Origin: Eledone cirrhosa
Taxonomy: Eukaryota
Assembly (NCBI GenBank): GCA_964016885.1
Contig: OZ024765.1
Span: forward strand, 23,560,001-23,624,000
Reading direction: 5' to 3'
Length of the DNA: 64,000 bases
Positions 53,301 through 64,000 of this stretch are shown in pieces. A program made the position numbers and the translations under genes. The first letter of the stretch is position 1; each line of letters begins with the position of its first letter. The notes beneath the pieces are model-generated. The model worked only from the letters and a program-made list of their open reading frames with translations, ran no database searches and was not told where the DNA came from.

Positions 53301-56300
53301 TTACAGTGTGGACTGGGTACTATTATGGCACCAACATGACTACTTTACAGTGTGGACTGGGTACTATCATGGCACCAACATGACAACTTTACAGTGTGAA
53401 CTGGTTACTATCATGGCACCAACATGACTACTTTTCAGTGTGGACTGGGTACTATCATGGAACCAACATGTCTACTTGACAGTGTGGACTGGGTACTATC
53501 ATGGCACCAACATGACAAATTTACAGTGTGGACTGGGTACTATTATGGCACCAACATGACTACTTTACAGTGTGAACTGGTTACTATCATGGCACCAACA
53601 GGACTACTTTACAGTGTGGACTGGGTACTATCATGGCACCAACATGACTACTCTACAGTGTGAACTGGTTACTATCATGGCACCAACATGACTACTCTAC
53701 AGTGTGGACTGGGCACTATCATGGCACCAACATGACTACTTTACAGTGTGGACTGGGCACTATCATGGCACCAACATGACTACTTTACAGTGTGAACTGG
53801 GTACTATCATGGCACCAACATGACTACTTCACAGTGTGGGCTGGGCACTATCATGGCACCAAAGTGACAACTTTACAGTGTGGTCTGGGCACTATCATGG
53901 CACCAACATGACTACTTTACAGTGTGGACTGGGTACTATCATGTCACCAACATGACTACTTTACAGTGTGGACTGGGTACTATCATGGCACCAACATCAC
54001 TACTTTACAGTGTGGACTGGGTACTATCATGGCACCAACATGACTACTTCACAGTGTGGGCTGGGCACTATCATGTCACCAACATGACTACTTTACAGTG
54101 TGGACTGGGTACTATCATGGCACCAAAATGACAACTTTACAGTGTGGACTGGGCACTATCATGGCACCAACATAACTACTTTACAGTGTGGGCTGGGTAC
54201 TATCATGGCACCAACATGACTACTTCACAGTGTGGGCTGGGCACTATCATGGCACCAAAATGACAACTTTACAGTGTGGTCTGGGCACTATCATGGCACC
54301 AACATGACTACTTCACAGTGTGGGCTGGGCACTATCATGGCACCAAAATGACAACTTTACCGTGTGGACTGGGCACTATCATGGCACCAACATAACTACT
54401 TTACAGTGTGGGCTGGGTACTATCATGGCACCAACATGACTACTTTACAGTGTGGACTGGGTACTATCATGTCACCAACATGACTACTTTACAGTGTGGG
54501 CTGGGTACTATGATGGCACCAAAATGACAACTTTACAGTGTGGACTGGGCACTATCATGGCACCAACATGACTACTTTACAGTATGGACTGGGTACTATC
54601 ATGGCACCAAAATGACTAAGTTACAGTGTGGGCTGGGCACTATCATGGCACCAACATGACAAATTTACAGTGTGGACTGGGTACTATTATGGCACCAACA
54701 TGACAAATTTACAGTGTGGACTGTGTACTATTATGGCACCAACATGACTACTTTACAGTGTGAACTGGTTACTATCATGGCACCAACATGACTACTTTTC
54801 AGTGTGGACTGGGTACTATCATGGCACCAACATGACTACTCTACAGTGTGAACTGGTTACTATCATGGCACGAACATGACTACTTTACAGTACGGACTGG
54901 ACACTATCATGGCACCAACATGACTACTTTACAGTGTGGACTGGGCACTATCATGGCACCAACATGACTACTTTACAGTGTTAACTGGGTACTATCATGG
55001 CACCAACATGACTACTTTACAGTGTGGACTGGGTACTATCATGGCACCAACAGGACTACTTTACAGTGTGGACTGGGTACTATCATGGCACCAACATGAC
55101 TACTTTACAGTGTGGACTGGGTACTATCATGGCACCAACATGACTACTTTACAGTGTGGACTGGGCACTATCATGGCACCAACATGACTACTTTACAGTG
55201 TGGACTGGGTACTATCATGGCACCAACATGACTACTTTACAGTGTGGACTGGGTACTATTTATTGTGGCACCAACATGACTACTTTACAGTGTGGACTGG
55301 GTACTATCATGTCACCAACATGACTACTTTACAGTGTGGACTGGGTACTATCATGGCACCAACATGACTACTTTACAGTATGGACTGGGTACTATCATGG
55401 CACCAACATGACTACTTTACAGTGTGGACTGGGCACTATCATGGCACCAACATGACTACTTTACAGTGTGGGCTGGGCACTATCATGGCATCAAAATGAC
55501 TACGTTACAGTGTGGGCTGGGCACTATCATGGCACCAACATGACAAATTTACAGTGTGGACTGGGTACTATTATGGCACCAACATGACTACTTTACAGTG
55601 TGGACTGGGTACTATCATGGCACCAACATGACAACTTTACAGTGTGAACTGGTTACTATCATGGCACCAACATGACTACTTTTCAGTGTGGACTGGGTAC
55701 TATCATGGAACCAACATGTCTACTTGACAGTGTGGACTGGGTACTATCATGGCACCAACATGACAAATTTACAGTGTGGACTGGGTACTATTATGGCACC
55801 AACATGACTACTTTACAGTGTGAACTGGTTACTATCATGGCACCAACAGGACTACTTTACAGTGTGGACTGGGTACTATCATGGCACCAACATGACTACT
55901 CTACAGTGTGAACTGGTTACTATCATGGCACGAACATGACTACTTTACAGTATGGACTGGACACTATCATGGCACCAACATGACTACTTTACAGTGTGGA
56001 CTGGGCACTATCATGGCACCAACATGACTACTTTACGGTGTGAACTGGGTACTATCATGGCACCAACATGACTACTTCACAGTGTGGGCTGGGCACTATC
56101 ATGGCACCAAAGTGACAACTTTACAGTGTGGTCTGGGCACTATCATGGCACCAACATGACTACTTTACAGTGTGGACTGTGTACTATCATGTCACCAACA
56201 TGACTACTTTACAGTGTGGACTGGGTACTATCATGGCACCAACATCACTACTTTACAGTGTGGACTGGGTACTATCATGGCACCAACATGACTACTTTAC

Positions 56301-59300
56301 AGTGTGGGCTGGGTACTATGATGGCACCAAAATGACAACTTTACAGTGTGGACTGGGCACTATCATGGCACCAACATGACTACTTTACAGTGTGGACTGG
56401 GTACTATCATGTCACCAACATGACTACTTTACAGTGTGGACTGGGTACTATCATGGCACCAACATGACTACTTTACAGTGTGGGCTGGGTACTATGATGG
56501 CACCAAAATGACAACTTTACAGTGTGGACTGGGCACTATCATGGCACCAACATGACTACTTTACAGTGTGGGCTGGGTACTATCATGTCACCAACATGAC
56601 TACTTTACAGTGTGGACTGGGTACTATCATGGCACCAACCTGACTACTTTACAGTGTGGACTGGGTACTATCATGGCACCAACAGGACTACTTTACAGTG
56701 TGGACTGGGTACTATCATGGCACCAACATGACTACTTTACAGTGTGAACTGGGCACTATCATGGCACCAACATGACTACTTTACAGTGTGGGCTGGGCAC
56801 TATCATGGCACCAACATGACTACTTTACAGTGTGGGCTGGGCACTATCATGGCACCAACATGACAACTTTACAGTGTGGACTGGGCACTATCATGGCACC
56901 AACATGACTACTTTACAGTGTGGACTGGGTACTATCATGGCACCAACATGACTACTTTACAGTGTGGGCTGGGTACTATCATGGCACCAAAATGACAACT
57001 TTACAGTGTGGACTGGGCACTATCATGGCACCAACATGACTACTTTACAGTGTGGACTGGGTACTATCATGGCACCAACATGACTACTTTACAGTGTGGA
57101 CTGGGTACTATCATGGCACCAACAGGACTACTTTACAGTGTGGACTGGGTACTATCATGGCACCAACATGACTACTTTACAGTGTGGGATGGGCACTATC
57201 TTGGCACCAACATGACTACTTTACAGTGTGAACTGGGCACTATCATGGCACCAACATGACTACTTTACAGTGTGGACTGGGTACTATCAGGGCACCAACA
57301 TGACTACTTTACAGTTTGGACTGGGCACTATCATGGCACCAACATGACTACTTTACAGTGTGGACTGGGTACTATCATGGCACCAACATGACTACTTTAC
57401 AGTGTGTTCTGGGTACTATGATGGCACCAAAATGACAACTTTACAGTGTGGACTGGGCACTATCATGGCACCAACATGACTACTTTACAGTGTGGACTGG
57501 GTACTATCATGTCACCAACATGATTACTTTACAGTGTGGACTGGGTACTATCATGGCACCAACATGACTACTTTACAATGTGCACTTGGTATTATCATAG
57601 CACCAACATGTCTACTTTACAGTGTGGACTGGGTACTATCATGGTACCAAAATGACAACTTTACAGTGTGGACTGGGTACTATCATGGCACCAACATGAC
57701 TACTCTACAGTGTGAACTGGTTACTATCATGGCACGAACATGACTACTTTACAGTATGGACTGGACACTATCATGGCACCAACATGACTACTTTACAGTG
57801 TGGACTGGGCACTATCATGGCACCAACATGACTACTTTACAGTGTGAACTGGGTACTATCATGGCACCAACATGACTACTTCACAGTGTGGGCTGGGCAC
57901 TATCATGGCACCAAAGTGACAACTTTACAGTGTGGTCTGAGCACTATCATGGCACCAACATGACTACTTTACAGTGTGGACTGGGTACTATCATGTCACC
58001 AACATGACTACTTTACAGTGTGGACTGGGTACTATCATGGCACCATCATGACTACTTTACAGTGTGGACTGGGTACTATCATGGCACCAACATGACTACT
58101 TTACAGTGTGGACTGGGTACTATCATGGCACCAACATGACTACTTTACAGTGTGGACTGGGTACTATCATGGCACCAACATAACTACTTTACAGTGTGGA
58201 CTGGGTACTATCATGGCACCAACATGTCTACTTTACAGTGTGGACTGGGTACTATCATGGCACCAACATGACTACTTTACAGTGTGTTCTGGGTACTATG
58301 ATGGCACCAAAATGACAACTTTACAGTGTGGACTGGGCACTATCATGGCACCAACATGACTACTTTACAGTGTGGACTGGGTACTATCATGTCACCAACA
58401 TGATTACTTTACAGTGTGGACTGGGTACTATCATGGCACCAACATGACTACTTTACAGTGTGGGCTGGGTACTATGATGGCACCAAAATGACAACTTTAC
58501 AGTGTGGACTGGGCACTATCATGGCACCAACATGACTACTTTACAGTGTGGGCTGGGTACTATCATGTCACCAACATGACTACTTTACAGTGTGGACTGG
58601 ATACTACCATGGCACCAACATGAGTACTTTACAGTGTGGACTGGGTACTATCATGGCACCAACATGACTACTTTACAGTGTGGGCTGGGCACTATCATGG
58701 CACCAACATGACTACTTTACAGTGTGGGCTGGGCACTATCATGGCACCAACATGACAACTTTACAGTGTGGACTGGGCACTATCATGGCACCAACTTGAC
58801 TACTTTACAGTGTGGACTGGGTACTATCATGTCACCAACATGACTACTTTACAGTGTGGACTGGGCACTATCATGGCACCAACATGACTACTTTACAGTG
58901 TGGACTGGGTACTATCATGGCACCAACATGACTACTTTACAGTGTGGGCTGGGTCCTATCATGGCACCAAAATGACAACTTTACAGTGTGGACTGGGCAC
59001 TATCATGGCACCAACATGACTACTTTACAGTGTGGACTGGGTACTATCATGGCACCAACATGACTACTTTACAGTGTGGACTGGGTACTATCATGGCACC
59101 AACAGGACTACTTTACAGTGTGGACTGGGTACTATCATGGCACCAACATGACTACTTTACAGTGTGGGATGGGCACTATCATGGCACGAACATGACTACT
59201 TTACAGTGTGAACTGGGCACTATCATGGCACCAACATGACTACTTTACAGTGTGGACTGGGTACTATCAGGGCACCAACATGACTACTTTACAGTGTAGA

Positions 59301-62300
59301 CTGGGCACTATCATGGCACCAACATGACTACTTTACAGTGTGGACTGGGTACTATCATGGCACCAACATGACTACTTTACAGTGTGGACTGGGTACTATT
59401 TATTGTGGCACCAACATAACTACTTTACAGTGTGGACTGGGTACTATCATGGCACCAACATGACTACTTTACAACGTGCACTGGGTATTATCATAGCACC
59501 AACATGTCTATTTTACAGTGTGGACTGGGTACTATCATGGCACCAACATGACTACTTTACAGTGTGGACTGGGTACTATCATGGCACCAACATGACTACT
59601 TTACAGTGTGGACTGGGTACTATCATGGCACCAACATGACTACTTTACAGTGTGGACTGGGTACTATTTATTGTGGCACCAACATAACTACTTTACAGTG
59701 TGGACTGGGTACTATCATGGCACCAACATGACTACTCTACAGTGTGGAATGGGCACTATCATGGCACGAACATGACTACTTTACAGTATGGACTGGACAC
59801 TATCATGGCACCAACATGACTACTTTACAGTGTGGACTGGGCACTATCATGGCACCAACATGACTACTTTACAGTGTGAACTGGGTACTATCATGGCACC
59901 AACATGACTACTTCACAGTGTGGGCTGGGTACTATCATGGCACCAACATGACTACTTTACAGTGTGGACTGGGTACTATCATGGCACCAAAGTGACAACT
60001 TTACAGTGTGGTCTGGGCACTATCATGGCACCAACATGACTACTTTACAGTGTGGACTGGGTACTATCATGGCACCAACATGACTACTTTACAGTGTGGA
60101 CTGGGTACTATCATGGCACCAACATGACTACTTTACAGTGTGGACTGGGTACTATCATGGCACCAACATGACTACTTTACAGTGTGGACTGGGTACTATC
60201 ATGGCACCAACATGACTACTTTACAGTGTGGACTGGGTACTATCATGTCACCAAAATGACAACTTTACAGTGTGGACTGGGCACTATCATGGCACCAACA
60301 TGACTACTTTACAGTGTGGGCTGGGTACTATCATGTCACCAACACGACTACTTTACAGTGTGGACTGGGTACTATCATGGCACCAACATGACTACTTTAC
60401 AGTGTGGACTGGGTACTATCATGGCACCAACAGGACTACTTTACAGTGTGGACTGGGTACTATCATGGCACCAATATGACTACTTTACAGTGTGAACTGG
60501 GCACTATCATGGCACCAACATGACTACTTTACAGTGTGAACTGGGCACTATCATGGCACCAACATGACTACTTTACAGTGTGGGCTGGGCACTATCATGG
60601 CACCAACATGACTACTTTACAGTGTGGGCTGGGCACTATCATGGCACCAACATGACAACTTTACAGTGTGGACTGGGCACTATCATGGCACCAACTTGAC
60701 TACTTTACAGTGTGGACTGGGTACTATCATGGCACCAACATGTCTACTTTACAATGTGCACTGGGTATTAACATAGCACCAACATGTCTACTTTACAGTG
60801 TGGACTGGGTACTATCATGTCACCAACATGACTACTTTACAGTGTGGACTGGGCACTATCATGGCACCAACATGACTACTTTACAGTGTGGACTGGGTAC
60901 TATCATGGCACCAACATGACTACTTTACAGTGTGGGCTGGGTACTATCATGGCACCAAAATGACAACTTTACAGTGTGGACTGGGCACTATCATGGCACC
61001 AACATGACTACTTTACAGTGTGAACTGGGCACTATCATGGCACCAACATGACTACTCTACAGTGTGGACTGGGTACTATCAGGGCACCAACATGACTACT
61101 TTACAGTGTGGACTGGGCACTATCATGGCACCAACATGACTACTTTACAGTGTGGACTGGGTACTATCATGGCACCAACATGACTACTTTACAGTGTGGA
61201 CTGGGTACTATTTATTGTGGCACCAACATAACTACTTTGCAGTGTGGACTGGGTACTATCATGTCACCAACATGACTGCTTTACAGTGTGGACTGGGTAC
61301 TATCATGGCACCAACATGACTACTTTACAGTGTGGACTGGGTACTATCAGGGCACCAACATGACTACTTTACAGTGTGGACTGGGCACTATCATGGCACC
61401 AACATGACTACTTTACAGTGTGGACTGGGTACTATCATGTCACCAACATGACTACTTTACAGTGTGGACTGGGCACTATCATGACACCAACATGTCTACT
61501 TTACAGTGTGGACTGGTTACTATCATGGCACCAACATGACTACTTTACAGTGTGGACTGGGTACTATCATGGCACCAACATGACTACTTTACAATGTGCA
61601 CTGGGTATTATCATAGCACCAACATGTCTACTTTACAGTGTGGACTGGGTACTATCATGGCACCAACATGACTACTCTACAGTGTGAACTGGTTACTATC
61701 ATGGCACGAACATGACTACTTTACAGTATGGACTGGGTACTATCATGGCACCAAAATGACTACTTTACTGTGTGGACTGGGTACTATCATGGCACCAACA
61801 TGTCTACTTTACTGTGTGGACTGGGTACTATCATGGCACCAACATGACTACTTTACAGTGTGGACTGGGTACTATCATGTCACCAACATGACTACTTTAC
61901 AGTGTGGACTGGGCACTATCATGGCACGAACATGAGTACTTTACAGTGTGGACTGGGTACTATCATGGCACCAACATGACTACTTTACAGTGTGGACTGG
62001 GCACTATCATGGCACGAACATGAGTACTTTACAGTATGGACTGGGTACTATCATGGCACCAAAATGACTACTTTACTGTGTGGACTGGGTACTATCATGG
62101 CACCAACATGACTACTTTACAGTGTGAACTGGGCACTATCATGGCACCAACATGACTACTTTACAGAGTGGGCTGGGCACTATCATGGCACGAACATGAG
62201 TACTTTACAGTGTGGACTGGGTACTACCATGGCACCAACATGACTACTTTACAGTGTGAACTGGGTACTATCATGGCACCAACATGACTACTTTACAGTG

Positions 62301-64000
62301 TGGGCTGGGCACTATCATGGCACCAACATGACAACTTTACAGTGTGGACTGGGCACTATCATGGCACCAACTTGACTACTTTACAGTGTGGACTGGGTAC
62401 TATCATGGCACCAACATGACTACTTTACAGTGTGGGCTGGGCACTATCATGGCACCAACATGACTACTTTACAGTGTGGGCTGGGCACTATCATGGCACC
62501 AACTTGACTACTTTACAGTGTGGACTGGGTACTATCATGGCACCAACATGACTACTTTACAATGTGCACTGGGTATTATCATAGCACCAACATGTCTACT
62601 TTACAGTGTGGACTGGGTACTATCATGTCACCAACATGACTACTTTACAGTGTGGACTGGGCACTATCATGGCACCAACATGACTACTTTACAGTGTGGA
62701 CTGGGTACTATCATGGCACGAACATGAGTACTTTACAGTGTGGACTGGGCACTATCATGGCACCAACATGACTACTTTACAGTGTGGACTGGGTACTATC
62801 ATGGCACCAACATGACTACTTTACAGTGTGGACTGGGTACTATCATGGCACCAACAGGACTACTTTACAGTGTGGACTGGGTACTATCATGGCACCAACA
62901 TGACTACTTTACAGTGTGGACTGGGTACTATCATGGCACCAACATGACTACTTTACAGTGTGGACTGGGTACTATCATGGCACCAACATGACTACTTTAC
63001 AGTGTGGACTGGGTACTATCATGGCACCAACATGACTACTTTACAGTGTGGACTGGGTACTATCATGGCACCAACATGACTACTTTACAGTGTGGGCTGG
63101 GCACTATCATGGCACCAACATGACTACTTTACAGTGTGAACTGGGCACTATCATGGCACCAACATGACTACTTTACAGTGTGGACTGGGTACTATCAGGG
63201 CACCAACATGACTACTTTACAGTGTGGACTGGGCACTATCATGGCACCAACATGACTACTTTACAGTGTGGACTGGGTACTATCATGGCACCAACATGAC
63301 TACTTTACAGTGTGGACTGGGCACTATCATGGCACCAACATGACTACTTTACAGTGTGGGCTGGGCACTACCATGGCGCCAAAATGACTACGTCACAGTG
63401 TGGGCTGGGCACTATCATGGCACCAACATGACAAATTTACAGTGTGGACTGGGTACTATCATGGCACCAACAGGACTACTTTACAGTGTGGACTGGGTAC
63501 TATCATATCACCAACATGACTACTTTACAGTGTGGACTGGGTACTATCATGGCACCAACATGACTACTTTACAGTGTGGACTGGGTACTATCATGGCACC
63601 AAAATGACAACTTTACACTGTGGACTGGGCACTATCATGGCACCAACATGACTACTTTACAGTGTGGACTGGGCACTATCATGGCACCAACATGACAACT
63701 TTACAGTGTGGACTGGGTACTATCATGGCACCAACATGACTACTTTACAGTGTGAACTGGGCACTATCATGGCACCAACATGACTACTTTACAGTGTGAA
63801 CTGGGCACTTTCATGGCACCAACATGACTACTTTACATTGTGGACTGGGTACTATCATGGCACCAACAGGACTACTTTACAGTGTGGACTGGGTACTATC
63901 ATGGCACCAACATGACTACTTTACAGTGTGAACTGGGCACTATCATGGCACCAACATGACTACTTTACATTGTGGACTGGGTACTATCATGGCACCAAAA
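26396..64000. repeat. 44-bp tandem satellite, ~850 copies, open at the window end, with higher-order repeats
   Basis: Consensus GGCACCAACATGACTACTTTACAGTGTGGACTGGGTACTATCAT with point variants, occasional 48-bp (…ACTATTTATTGTGGCACC…) and 45-bp monomers. No TE interruptions seen over 37.6 kb. Confidence 0.98.

Noticed and set aside
26341-63607. Dozens of 69-127 aa ORFs (MDWVLSWHQHDYFTVWTGYYHGTNMTTLQCGLGTIMAPT)
   Set aside because: They are translations of a 44-bp monomer cycling through frames, mostly opened at GTG codons and ended by the recurring TGA. Not protein-coding.
26396-64000. CRISPR-like array
   Set aside because: Monomers are head-to-tail with no unique spacers, there are no cas genes, and the context is eukaryotic.

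Overview
Eukaryotic, AT-rich and repeat-dense DNA. The SINE/RTE content and a HTGEKP C2H2 fragment suggest a cephalopod (octopus-like) genome, but that is inference. Bases 1-22.4 kb hold the 3' part of a spliced + strand gene that the ORF track shows only in pieces. Nine exons with canonical AG/GT sites and matching phases join into about 615 aa with the architecture [ankyrin repeats - RING-HC] - [ankyrin repeats - RING-HC] - Death domain. The two ANK-RING modules come from an ~11-12 kb tandem duplication whose introns are nearly identical (~98% next to the RING exon), while the exons diverge sharply (RING exons ~68% nt and 45% aa identical). Changes in the first ANK exon fall on the ankyrin binding surface. 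Introns and flanks carry Helitron, RTE, CR1-like, mariner, SINE, MITE-like and Penelope-like remnants, including a complete minimal type I hammerhead ribozyme. From ~26.4 kb to the window end lies a 44-bp satellite (~850 copies) with layered higher-order repeats. It grows directly out of the ~48-49-bp repeat in the 3' UTR of a local RTE LINE/SINE family.
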